NCBI GenBank assembly: GCA_026936335.1
Contig: JAPMXV010000026.1
Location: forward strand, 1 to 64,000
DNA length: 64,000 nt
Reading direction: 5' to 3'
From: Mantamonas sphyraenae STR306
Lineage: Eukaryota; Protista; CRuMs
The notes under the pieces are model-generated. The model worked only from the letters and a program-made list of their open reading frames with translations. It made no database searches and was not told the origin of the DNA. The first letter of the stretch is position 1. Each line of letters begins with the position of its first letter. The translations under genes were made by a program, and so were the position numbers. This document shows, piece after piece, positions 10,465 to 21,304 of this stretch.

Positions 10465-12046
10465 TCACCCCTTCCACTCTCCCGACCTTCCCTGACTCTC
10501 CCGAATTGCCTTGATCCACCCCAGCATCTCCTCTTCGCTCGATGCCTGCAAGTAGAATATCTTTCCCGACGTATCAATCGCAAACACATACCGTGCCTTC
10601 TTAAACACCGATCCTGCAACCTCCACCGTCGTGCCTCCTCCCAGCGGAATCCCTGCAATCGGCACCTCGCCCGCGTCCTTGCTGTAGTACAGCGTCGAAT
10701 TTGACAACGTAAAGAACCGCCGCTTCCCTGCACATCCATCCATCCATGTCAGCCACCGCCTGCCCTCCCTCCCTGCACCCCCTCACCTGCCCAACTTACA
10801 GTTCTTCACCAAATGCCCGCGCTTCTGCAAATACCCACTCTTCTCTGCGCTTCTCTCCGTCGACGACGAGCTTTGATGCACGCTGCTGCTCCGCATATCC
10901 TTTTTGGCACTCTTTTCCACCCCGACCGTCGCGTAGTACCTCTCCACACTAAACTCGTTAAACTCCACCGGAATACGCTCCATCCCCGTCGCCTGCCTGT
11001 CCACAAATGCATCCACATCCTTCTGATGGTCTGCGGTCGCCAGAACCTGCGTGTCCAGCTGCTTCGACACCTCCAGAGCCCGTTCGTACGCACGCGTCGC
11101 CGCCGCGCCCACGCCCTCCACGCGCGCCTTTAAGAACTTGTCGCGCTGCTCAACCATTCGCTGAAAGTCCAGCAGCGTCGATGTCACGGCAGCGTCGTAC
11201 ACAGGCTGCTGCGTCGATGCCAGCTTGGCGTGTTCCGCACGGTACTCCCCTTCCGCCGCAAGCACGTCATCCTGCAGCGCCTTCAGCCGCTCCATGTGCT
11301 TCTCGTTCCCCTCCTTTGCCATGTTGTGTTCCTCGTACGCCAGTTTCATGTAATGTGTCTGTTTGCTGCGGTGCAGCCTACGACTTGCCTGCATCGCACG
11401 AATCTCCTTCCGCACTGCAGACAACGACTGCTCCAGCACAGCCTCCTGCGTCTGCGCCCACGCCCCAATCGCCTCCACTTCCTCCATCAGCTTCCTTGCC
11501 AGCGCCCCGTGACTCTCTGCCATGTTCTTTGTCATTTCGTCCAGGTTTTCCAACATCTGCGTGTGCGACGACATCTCAGAGGGCCGTTTGCTCACAAGCT
11601 CCACCAGACTCCTTGCGTACATCTCCTCCACCGCCGCCCGCTGCTGCAGGTATCCCTCCAACCATCGCATCGTCGCCACTTTCTTGTGCAGCTCCTCGCC
11701 CACCACTTCCACCCCCGTGTCCCCCTGCACGAAAATGGTGTCAGCCCTCCCGTCCCCCCCTCCGCCACACCCCACCCCACACGCCCTCACCCCTTACCCA
11801 AAAGTTCACCACAAACTCCAGTTCCTCTTCTCCGTCCTCTCCAGCCTGTACATCCAGCTGAGCCAGCGCCGCTATGCTCAGCCGCTTCCGCGCTTCCTCC
11901 TTGAACCGCTTCTTCTTCCCCTTGCTGCTCTCCTTCCCTGCCGACGTTGCAGGCAGGTTCGTCAACGCCTCCTTGTACATCGGCGTCGTCGGCATCTCCT
12001 CCTCCTCTGAATCGTAGCCCGCCTGCCCAAGTTCCGTGAAATCCAT
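10465..12046 (-). CDS. F-BAR (FCH) plus PH domain protein; introns 11797-11725 and 10799-10728
   Basis: NFW/G..G.EV, LQQRAAVEEMYARSL (FCH) and coiled coil. Splicing restores the PH motif KSGYLQKRGHLVKNWKRRFF; ends EEMLGWIKAI. Confidence 0.87.
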
Positions 12047-12072
12047 TTCCAATCTTGGCCAACCCATCGCCC

Positions 12073-13224
12073 TCACCCCTCCTTCACAAATGTGCTGTAC
12101 GGTCCAAAGAACCACGGGTCTCCCAAGCCCGATAGCCACAGGTAGAGCGGCTCCAGCAGTTTGTGCGGCTGTTCCTCCTGCACCAGCGACCCGCAATTCT
12201 TCACCGTCAGCGTCGCCACCACGGGCTTGTGCTCCTTCTTGCTACTCAGATTCGCCCCAAACTCAATCATGTCGTTCCTCCACCCGCTCTGGTCCCCACA
12301 AATCAGCATCACGTCCGCCACAGAAAACTCTGCCACATCCACCGCCGGCCTCGCGTACGCCGCGTCCATCAGCTTCTTCAGGTTGCCTGCGTGCCGTTTG
12401 CACACCTCTTTGCGATGGTATGCCACCAGGTCCACGTTGTTCTCCGTCGTGTTGCGTGAGAACCACGTCTGCGTCGCCATCAGCTGCTCCGCCACGTCTT
12501 CCTGCTTGTTCCACGACAGCGTCCAACTCGTCGAAAAGCTCTCGAAATACTCGCCCCACCCGGCTGGACACATGGGCGCGCTCACCACCACCAGCCCCTC
12601 CATCTGCCCCGAGTTTCCCGCGGCATACTGCGCCAGAACCGTTCCGCCAAACCCAACCCCCAACCCCACAAACCGTGCAATCTCCAGCTCCTCTACCACC
12701 GCTCCAATGTGTTCGACGATGCTCTCCACGCTCATGTCCCCCTCCCATTCCACGTCTGTGCGCGGTCCGTGATCCCACACCCCCGCCACGTCAGTGCCAA
12801 TGCTCACTGTCTCTCTGCACCTTGCCCCATGCCACCTACCTCCTTGTACCTGACCCGGCAAGTCCACGTGCACCACACGCACCCCTCTAAACAACTGCTT
12901 TGCGCACGCAAAGAACCCTTCGAAGCACGAATAATCTACGCCCAGCAACACGCCTGTGTGTGAGCAACCATCCCCCCTCCTTCCCAACTCCTCTCCCGCC
13001 TTTCCCCCCTCCCACCCCGTGCCAAACTCACGATCAAGCCCGACCTCGTGCACAGTCACCAACACCCGCTTTGCGTCCTGCGGACCCGCAAGATGCACCG
13101 TCATCCCACCGCCCTTCCCACCCACCACCCTCGTCTCTGTCCCCAACGTCTGCACACTCCCTTCGTCCACCTCCACATGCACCGCCTGCACACTTTGGAT
13201 CGCTTCTGTCACTTCGATACTCAT
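12073..13224 (-). CDS. NDRG/Ndr family alpha/beta-hydrolase-fold protein; introns 13031-12936 and ~12839-12756
   Basis: LVTVHEVGLDHYSCFEGFF, HVDLPGQ, FVGLGVGFGG, CGSLVQEEQPHKL match NDRG motifs. Confidence 0.88.
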   Translation of the reverse strand: MSIEVTEAIQSVQAVHVEVDEGSVQTLGTETRVVGGKGGGMTVHLAGPQDAKRVLVTVHEVGLDREFGTGWEGGKAGEELGRRGDGCSHTGVLLGVDYSCFEGFFACAKQLFRGVRVVHVDLPGQVQGGRWHGARCRETVSIGTDVAGVWDHGPRTDVEWEGDMSVESIVEHIGAVVEELEIARFVGLGVGFGGTVLAQYAAGNSGQMEGLVVVSAPMCPAGWGEYFESFSTSWTLSWNKQEDVAEQLMATQTWFSRNTTENNVDLVAYHRKEVCKRHAGNLKKLMDAAYARPAVDVAEFSVADVMLICGDQSGWRNDMIEFGANLSSKKEHKPVVATLTVKNCGSLVQEEQPHKLLEPLYLWLSGLGDPWFFGPYSTFVKEG

Positions 13225-13333
13225 CAATCCCTTGCCTGCGCCCACGCCCGCTCCACACCACCCCAAACACCACTCCACCCCCCATCCCTCCCCACCTCAT
13301 CCACAAAACCATCACACCTTCTCCTTCCCCGCA

Positions 13334-16300
13334 ATGGCTTCCTTCCTCACCCAACGCCCTGCAAACAACCTCGACGCGGACCACGCCCTAATCGCCTCTG
13401 CCCTCTCCTACACCTCCTCCACCCCCTCCACCCCGTCCCTTCGCCGCGCCGTCCTCGACTGGACCCAAACCACCCTCATCCGCTCCCTCACCTATCACAC
13501 CCGCGGCCTCAAGCGTCCTCGCCTCGACGCCCCTCCCCGCCACCTCCCTCTCTTTGACTCCCGCTACTACACCCTCCTCGCCTCCACCCTCTCCTCCCAC
13601 CTCCACGGCCCGTCCTCTGCCCCCCCTGTCCTTGACACAGCCCTCCTCTCTGTCATCGAGACTGCCTTGTCCGCACTCGCCACGCCCCTTCCCAAACATC
13701 CTCACCACAAACCCCTCCGTGACCTCTCTCTCGAACAACGTGCGCACTTTTACACCCAACTCGCACACCTCCTCTTCAAACGCCTCCTTGCCCCTCCCCT
13801 CCTGGCCTCCTTCCGTCCAAACACAAACGCTCTCATGCATGTTCTCGGCACCTCGCTCAACCACCTCCTTCTACACGCCTCCTCCTCCTCCTCCTCCTCC
13901 TCCTCTTCCTCCACCACCACCACCAATCCTCTCACCCTTGCCGTCACAGACTTTTCACGTCTCCTCGTCGACTTCCTTGCTGCCCATCTCCCGCTTCTCC
14001 CCAACCAGCGCAAGCTCTTCACCACGGCCATCTCCCCAGACATCCTCGGCCTCATTCTCCCTCTCCGCACCGCCCACCCACACCTCGACACCCTCACCAC
14101 CGCCATCCTCCTCCACCCCGACCACCTCGCCGACATGGCCCTTGCCATCCCCGCCGACCTCCTTGAATCCACAACCCCAACCCCGGCCTCCAAGCGCCGT
14201 CGCACCACAACCACCTCCTCCTCATCCTCTCTTCCCTCCTCCTACCACTCCAAACTCTTTGCCTACCTTCGCTCCCACGACTCCCCGGAACACGTGCTCG
14301 ACTTTCTCCCAGCCTTTTACCACGCTTTCGTCTCTGCCTACCGCGACACACACCACACTACACACTCTGCAGCCGCACGTGGCAAACGTAAAGCCACAGA
14401 CGCTTCCACAGACACACGCGCCTTTGCCATCGAATTCTCCATGGCCCAGCTTCTCCTCGACATTGCTCACGAACGCGCCGACCACAGCCCCTACGCAGCC
14501 CTCGCCGTCCGAATCCTCAACACCATTCTCCGCCTCGACGTCTACAAGCTTTCCGAGGACAGCATCACCTCTAGCAAGCAACACTTTCTCTCTCGCCTCC
14601 TCCACGACCAGCTCATGCCTTCCATGAACCCCGACGTCCTGCGCGCAGCCACTGCCATCCTCCAGATCAACCACCGCGCCGCAGAGCCACACATCGACGA
14701 TCTCCTCCTCCACTGCTGGCACACAGCAGACCCGCACCCAGCGCACCTTGCCTTTCAGCAACAGCTCGTCCTCACCTACGCAAACATTCGCCAGCTCCCA
14801 GATCTCATCCAACGCCTCCAAGACCGCGCCCACTTTCGCGCTCACAACGCTCACCGACGCCTCGCAGACACATGGTATGCCTGCTTCCGTGCCCTCCCCG
14901 TCGCCCAGCAGCCAACTCTCTGGCGCACTCTCCTTGCAAAGGCAACCCAAGCACGGCCCTTTCTCGACCTCCTCTCCCTATTTGTCGACGCTCTCCACGG
15001 CATCAACGACCACACCGCCGCCAAGCTGCTCCCCTGCATCCACGAGACCGTCGACGCACTCCTCGCCACTCCTTCTGCAGACGCCGACCTCGCACGCCTT
15101 GCCATCGCCCTTGCCTATGCGCACGCGCGTTGCTCCGACGATCCCTGCTCCATCCTCACAGACTTTACACGCGACATCGACTGGTGGCACAACCTCAAAG
15201 ACCGCTTCGTCGCGCACGTTCTCCTCCTTGAACAGCTCCATCTTCTCGGTTCGAAAGGCGCACGCCGCCTCAAAGACGTCCTCACACACATCCGCGATCA
15301 CGCAGACTCGCTGTGTGAGCCCACCCTTGTCTGGGACGGCACTGCGCACACCGTCACCGACGCAAACTATCCGCTCGCAGTGTGGACCCTCCTCACTCGC
15401 AGGATAGCCCTCGTCGCCGCACACGCTTCAGACTCTCTCTTTGACCTCCTCATCGACGTCCTCGTCACCGTCAGCCTGCATCCAGACAGCGCCATGGCAC
15501 GTGCTGCACAACATGTCTGGCACGACGCCACCTTTTACGAGCTCGGTGGCCTTGGCGTCCCGCTCGCCAAGCATCTCTGGACGCGCCTTGTCGACCACGC
15601 TGCACAAGGCAACTCTCGCGTCCACAAACGCATCCACAAAGACCTCCCCTGGAAGCGCATCAAGCTGCCCGCCCAGTCCTCCCATACCCAGGCCACCCTC
15701 TGGCGCCTCGTCCACCTTGTGCCCGTCGACGCCTTTCTCCCGCCCCAACAGCATGTCGGCATCCGCATCTGCTCCATCCTCGTACAGAACGACGCCTGTC
15801 AGGCCCACGCCCTCACCTGGATGGATACCCTCCTCGCGCAGCACCCGCATCTCGCACAACACGCCGCCGATCTCTCCCTCGTCAACTACCTCGTGCGCTG
15901 CGACGCTCCCCACACCCTCCTGGCTACCATTGCACGTCATTTCATCGATCACAACCTCTTTGACGAGTTTGCACAGGCCGTGCTTGCCAAGCACGGCCAC
16001 CTTTGGCCTCTCGCCTTGCAACAGCTCCTCGCTGCTGCCCCGACCTCTTCCGACTGCTGTCCTATCGTTGAAGAGGCTATGGATGCCTGGCGTGCCGCAG
16101 ACTCGAGCGCGCACATGCGCACCTTGGCCCTCGCCATGCAGTTCCAGCGAGCTTGCAAGCGCAACGTACACTCCTCCGACAGCCCGCTCAGTCTCATGCG
16201 TCTCTGTGCAGCTCATGCAGACTGGGATGGCGCCCTCGACATGGCTGCCGCCCTTGCCCACCTCCTCGACGTGCCCCATGCTGCCGCGCTCGTCCTTCTG

Positions 16301-17194
16301 GTCATGAGCCGCCACGACGCAAACACCGCGCCCATCGACACCCTCCTCAAGCGCGTCGAACGCAAGCGAGACCTCATGGCACAACTCATGGCCAGCCTTC
16401 TTGACGTCCTCCATGCAGACGACTGGCACAGCCCCATCTTCCAGGCTGCCATCTCCAGCCTTCACCATATCCTCACCCACTGCCATCGCCTCAGTGCTCT
16501 CCACGCCATCCAAAAGTGTGCAGACAAACTCTTTGCAGCCCTCCTGTCCACTGCCCTGCACACACACGAAGCACGCATGCAGATGCTCGACCTCGCTGCG
16601 GCCCTCCTCGCCCTCGCCCGCATCGACTTTTCCTACCGCAGCATCTCCCTCGCCCTGCAAATCATGCAGACCTGCACTCCTCCGCTCCGCCTGCACAACG
16701 AGGCCGCTCTGCGCGACGGCACCGTCCCGCACGCACTCGACATCTTTCAACACCTCTACCCGTGCATGTACGCCCTTCTACGCCACCGCAGCGACCAGCT
16801 GCCCACGCATGTCACCACCGTCGTCGCTCTTACTCGTCGTATGCTCCTTCTCCTCGTCAGCGCCTACAACGCAGACGCAGGCGCCCTAGCCCTCGACGTG
16901 CCCGCACGCTCTCTGACACGCATCTACCACCTCCTCGTCGCCGACAAGAAGGACAAACCCCTCCAAAAGTACGTCGTCTACATCCTCACCGACCTCCTGC
17001 ACCTCATCACGCGCGGTCTCATCTCCAAACATCTGCGCGACCTCCTCCAAGACGGCTCCTACGATCTCCTCACCGTCGCCTCCCGCTTCGAACTCCAGCA
17101 GCTCAACCAAACGCTCGGCATTGCCGCGCGCAGCGTCTTTCAACGCATGTACAGGGACTACCGAGCCAACGCAGGCTACCGTGGAGACTTCTAA
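13334..17194 (+). CDS. URB2: URB2/Npa2 nucleolar pre-ribosomal-associated protein
   Basis: Long helical ORF whose C-terminus LQDGSYDLL..ELQQL..L...RSVFQRMYRDY...YRG matches the Urb2 domain pattern. Confidence 0.8.
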   Translation: MASFLTQRPANNLDADHALIASALSYTSSTPSTPSLRRAVLDWTQTTLIRSLTYHTRGLKRPRLDAPPRHLPLFDSRYYTLLASTLSSHLHGPSSAPPVLDTALLSVIETALSALATPLPKHPHHKPLRDLSLEQRAHFYTQLAHLLFKRLLAPPLLASFRPNTNALMHVLGTSLNHLLLHASSSSSSSSSSSTTTTNPLTLAVTDFSRLLVDFLAAHLPLLPNQRKLFTTAISPDILGLILPLRTAHPHLDTLTTAILLHPDHLADMALAIPADLLESTTPTPASKRRRTTTTSSSSSLPSSYHSKLFAYLRSHDSPEHVLDFLPAFYHAFVSAYRDTHHTTHSAAARGKRKATDASTDTRAFAIEFSMAQLLLDIAHERADHSPYAALAVRILNTILRLDVYKLSEDSITSSKQHFLSRLLHDQLMPSMNPDVLRAATAILQINHRAAEPHIDDLLLHCWHTADPHPAHLAFQQQLVLTYANIRQLPDLIQRLQDRAHFRAHNAHRRLADTWYACFRALPVAQQPTLWRTLLAKATQARPFLDLLSLFVDALHGINDHTAAKLLPCIHETVDALLATPSADADLARLAIALAYAHARCSDDPCSILTDFTRDIDWWHNLKDRFVAHVLLLEQLHLLGSKGARRLKDVLTHIRDHADSLCEPTLVWDGTAHTVTDANYPLAVWTLLTRRIALVAAHASDSLFDLLIDVLVTVSLHPDSAMARAAQHVWHDATFYELGGLGVPLAKHLWTRLVDHAAQGNSRVHKRIHKDLPWKRIKLPAQSSHTQATLWRLVHLVPVDAFLPPQQHVGIRICSILVQNDACQAHALTWMDTLLAQHPHLAQHAADLSLVNYLVRCDAPHTLLATIARHFIDHNLFDEFAQAVLAKHGHLWPLALQQLLAAAPTSSDCCPIVEEAMDAWRAADSSAHMRTLALAMQFQRACKRNVHSSDSPLSLMRLCAAHADWDGALDMAAALAHLLDVPHAAALVLLVMSRHDANTAPIDTLLKRVERKRDLMAQLMASLLDVLHADDWHSPIFQAAISSLHHILTHCHRLSALHAIQKCADKLFAALLSTALHTHEARMQMLDLAAALLALARIDFSYRSISLALQIMQTCTPPLRLHNEAALRDGTVPHALDIFQHLYPCMYALLRHRSDQLPTHVTTVVALTRRMLLLLVSAYNADAGALALDVPARSLTRIYHLLVADKKDKPLQKYVVYILTDLLHLITRGLISKHLRDLLQDGSYDLLTVASRFELQQLNQTLGIAARSVFQRMYRDYRANAGYRGDF

Positions 17195-17204
17195 TCGACG
17201 CCGT

Positions 17205-18357
17205 TTACTCGATGAGGACATCGTCGGGCTCACCGCCCTCCTTCGTCTCATCAGTGATCTCACGCACCACGCCGCGCGAGTAAGAGATGGCCAGCAGGTT
17301 GTAGAGGGTAAACAGAACAAAGAACACAGTCTGGCTGTACACATACGAGCACATGGGCCAGGCGAGCTTGGCAAACGCCGCGCACAGGAACGTGTTGTTC
17401 ACGCTGTAGTTGTTGGCACCCTCGCGCACAATCAGGAACAGAGAGCTGAACACGTTGATGAACAGCACGGCCACGTTGAGCACCAGGCCGTAGTGCGAAA
17501 ACTTGCGCGCCGTGTTCAGCATGCGGTGGTTGCGCTGCAGGGCGCCCATGAACGCCAGCGAGTAGATCAGACCAAACGCAAGCAGGTAAAACAGGCCAAA
17601 GAACATCGTCAGTCCGGGCGGGGCCAGGAACAGACCCAGGAAGATGTCCGTAGGGTCAGTGGTCTCGCTCGACTCGCTGATCGTCTTCGGGTTGAACCAC
17701 TTGGCCGGGTTGTAGCAGTGGAAGTGCGAGAACTTGTAGATGGTTGCCGAGTACGCCACCTGGATCGAGTCCGCTGCGGCCACGCCCTGCGGGCAGCCCG
17801 TGCCGTAAAACACAATGCTGAACAGGAACACCAGCAGCGTCACCAGAGCCACAAAGCTCAGGATCAGCATGTATGTGCGCTGCGAAAACGTGTAGTACTC
17901 CTCCTCGTAGTTGCGCTGCTCTCCGTCTTCCTGTGAGTGGCCGTCACCCGTCCAAACACACGTGCGACCCGTGTACACGCATCCGCTCGTGTCAGCTTGT
18001 GCATGCTTGAGCTCGCGCCTTTTCACACTCCTTTTCCCCGTCGCGCCCTTCCCACATGCGCATGCTCGTGACACTTGCTCACACGTGTCCATGCAACACC
18101 ACCAACCCTCCACTCTCGCCCCAGCCCATGCCCATCCATGCCCTCCCCGTCCACTCACGCTCCCTCCCCGTCCAATTCCCTCAGCACCCGCCGAGCTGAT
18201 CACACGCTTCCCACCCCCCAAACACGCCTTCTCCCACACTTCTCTGGTCCGCCGTCCCATTGACTCATGCACACGTCCACCCATGCCCGCAAGCCACTAT
18301 TTGTGCACACACGCACCGTCTCCTGCCCTCTCCACGCGCTTGTTTTTCACCCACCAT
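17205..18357 (-). CDS. Four-TM membrane protein of unknown family (paralogue 1); main exon 17930-17205, probable ATG-only first exon at 18357-18355
   Basis: Four hydrophobic segments and Cys pairs in two loops; acceptor CACAG at 17931. The 5' end is inferred and uncertain. Confidence 0.75.
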
Positions 18358-18584
18358 TTTTTTCGTGTCAAAAGTTGTTCACGCGAAAAGTGCTGTGCGA
18401 CGCCGCGCACACTGCAAAACCAACGTACGTGTCCTCCACACACGCCTCTGCACACTCACCTATCCCAACGGCGTGCACCCAGCCCCTTGCCTGTCTGCTC
18501 ACACGCCTGTGTCTCCGCGCCCGCCGCGCCGCCGCCGTTTGCCGCCGCCCTCCCGCGAAAAACGTGAAAATGCATCCCCCGCAG

Positions 18585-19274
18585 ATGTCTGGGGACGCCA
18601 TCGCCTACACGACGATTGAGGAGGAGCAGCGCAGGCGCCAGCACGGCAAGAACGTGCAGGAGTACGCCTTTGATGCGCGTGCCTCCCTCTACTTCCTCTG
18701 CATCCTTGCAGACGTTGCCCTGTTCATCTTTCTCATCACCTCTCTCTCCTACGGCACCTCCTGCCCGCCCAACGTCCCGGCCGGCATCAGGGTCAAGTTT
18801 GGCGACAAGTCCTGGAACCAGACTGCCATCCAGTGCAACAACCCGGGTGCCTGGTTCAACCCCACCCGCGAAACAAAGGGTAGTTTCCTCGGCGTGTGCC
18901 AGGCTCCGCCGGGCGTCACCCTCTTCCTCGGCCTCATCTACGTCCTGGCCTTTGGCTTTGTCGTCACCTTTTACGGTCTCTACGGCACCTGGAAGATGAA
19001 CGGCGCCATGCATGCCTCTCTCGCAAAGTATGGCAAGTACTGGTTCATCCTCAACCTCGTCGTCCTCGTCATCAACGGCGCTTCCTGGACCTTCCTCCTC
19101 ATTGCAGACTCCAACTACTCGCTCTGCTCCCAGATGGCCTCCCAGAATTTCGGCCTTTGCGACTTTGTCGGCGGCTCCGTCATGCAGTTTGTCGGCCTTA
19201 CCGTCGTCAGCGCCCTCATCACACGTGCCGCCAACAAGGCCGTGTACCAGTCCAGGAACAAGATCCATGTTTGA
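18585..19274 (+). CDS. Four-TM membrane protein of unknown family (paralogue 2)
   Basis: Shares YGTxCP, CxNPxxWFNP, FLGxxxAPPGxTxFxGLxYxLAFG and LNxxVLxIN with 17205-17930. ATG is directly preceded by GCAG (probable 5'UTR intron 18425-18584). Confidence 0.8.
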   Translation: MSGDAIAYTTIEEEQRRRQHGKNVQEYAFDARASLYFLCILADVALFIFLITSLSYGTSCPPNVPAGIRVKFGDKSWNQTAIQCNNPGAWFNPTRETKGSFLGVCQAPPGVTLFLGLIYVLAFGFVVTFYGLYGTWKMNGAMHASLAKYGKYWFILNLVVLVINGASWTFLLIADSNYSLCSQMASQNFGLCDFVGGSVMQFVGLTVVSALITRAANKAVYQSRNKIHV

Positions 19275-19369
19275 TTGCCCCGACCTGTCATCAACCCCCT
19301 CCACCTCAATTGTTGTCTTGCACAGCTGCACTGCACTCGGCTCACCAAACGAACCACTTCCACGAAACC

Positions 19370-21249
19370 ATGGAATACTTTGAAAACATCTTTACCCACG
19401 TTGCACACACCAAGGACATCCCCTTTGCCGAGTCTGAGGACGAAGAGGAGGCCGTCGAGCTCGCCAATGCCATGAGCTTCTGGTCCAAAACAAACGAAAA
19501 GTTTGCCGAGGTCGTTGCCACCCACCAGCTCGACTGTATGTGCCCACATCCACCCCGCCACATGCACACTGCTCTGTTTTCCCAAGGCTTTCCCTCCCAC
19601 CCGCTCATCATCTCTGTGTCCCTCCCTCTGCCCTCCCCCACTGTCCGTTTGCGTGCTGACACTCTCCCGCCCTCATCTCACCACCTCGCTTCAGCCGAGA
19701 CAAAGACAGAGATTTTCCAGTCGGGTGGCCTGTTTATGTTCCTCGTACGTATCCCTGCCCCGTCGCCCGTGTTTGTCTCCCTCTCTCGTCTTTGCCCAGC
19801 CGGAATCTGTCTTGTGCACGCTGCCAGACGAAAAAACCTTCCGATGCCCCGCCTGCGCAGAGCCGTCCTGCATCCCCTCATTTTCCCACGCGACTCACAC
19901 AGCCCGTGCCCGCACACTGTTCCTTGTGCATTGTGTCCTCTGTCCGCGCCGGCCTGATCACAGGGCCTGCTCTCCATGGAGGAGGAGCCCATCATCCACA
20001 GCGGCCTCGTGTGCCTGTTCAAGTTTGCCAACCGCTGTACGTGCCGCGCCCACTTTTCCAGAATGTTCAGGGCACGCTGCAAACACACGCGCAGCACTGC
20101 TCCCGCCCGCTCTCTCCCACCCGCGCATGCACACAAACATGTGGATGCGACGTGTGATGCCCACGCCCACCCTCAGCTCACACCCCGCTTCCTGTGTGTG
20201 TGTGCGCACACGTAGCCGAGTGCCGCAAAATCATCAGCACCCAAGCAACCTTCCACCGCATCCTCCAGGTCACAGATATGACCGAGCGTGTCTCCATGGC
20301 TTCCATGAAGCTTCTTGCCGAGCTTGCCCTCTCTGTCGACAACATGAAGCTGTTTGAGGACGAGGGCGGTTTCCAGATGCTCTTCACCTACGCCCGCAGC
20401 GACAACTACGACCTCGCTGCAGAGGCCGGCCGGGCCCTTGTCAACCTGGCCATCAACGCGGTCAACCAGCACCTCATTGCCACCGAGCTGGGCCTCTTTG
20501 TTCTCAAGAGCTGGGCCAACTCGGGCCACAAGCAGCTGCAAAAGTGCTCCGCTGCCCTCCTCTCCAACCTGGCCGGTACAGCCGAGATCCGACAGATGAT
20601 TGTGCAGCAGGACGGCATCGGCTCCCTCGTAGCCCTGGTCTCTCTTGACGACGCCGACTGCCAGACACATGCCGGCCGCGGCCTGGCCAACATTGCTGTG
20701 GACGAGGAGAACCAGGTCCTGCTCGTCCAGCAGGGTGCCCTCCCGCCCCTCCTCAACATGCTCGACAGCACCAACAAGGAGATTGTCCGCCAGGCTTGCC
20801 GCGCCCTGGGCAACATTTGTGTCAGCGAGGCCAACCACGAAGATATCATCAACGCAGGCGTCATCGAGAAGCTTGCCGGCCTGCAGGAGCACTCGGTCGA
20901 GGCCGTCGCCAAGCAGGCCAGCCGTGCCCTCGAAAACCTCAGTCTCAGTGCCATTGGTGCCGACGCTCTCATGCGTGAAAAGCGCGGCGAGCGTGTCAAC
21001 CGCCTCCTCGAGCGCCGCCCGTCCCTCCAGGAGCTCCAGGAGCAGAATATCTATGTCGTCAACAATGCCGACGGCGTCCCCGTCTCCCCGGTCCTCCACA
21101 CCCAGCAGCGCAACCTCCGCAAGCAGCGCATCGGCGACAAGCTCTCGCACATGCTCCGCAAACGCCGCGAAAGCGAGCAGGGCATGCTCGACAACGAGTT
21201 TCAGAACCTCGACAGCGAAGACGACTTTGACGAGTACGGATTGCATTGA
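19370..21249 (+). CDS. Armadillo-repeat protein (Vac8-like repeats) with C-terminal RPEL motif(s); four exons
   Basis: ARM repeats (AGRALVNLA, AGRGLANIAVDEENQVLLVQQGALPPLL). RPEL: VNRLLERRPSLQELQEQNIY. Three GT-AG introns give a continuous frame. Confidence 0.82.
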
Positions 21250-21304
21250 CGACCCCACAACAACATCTCCATTTTCTCTCTCCCACACACACACACTCTC
21301 TCTG

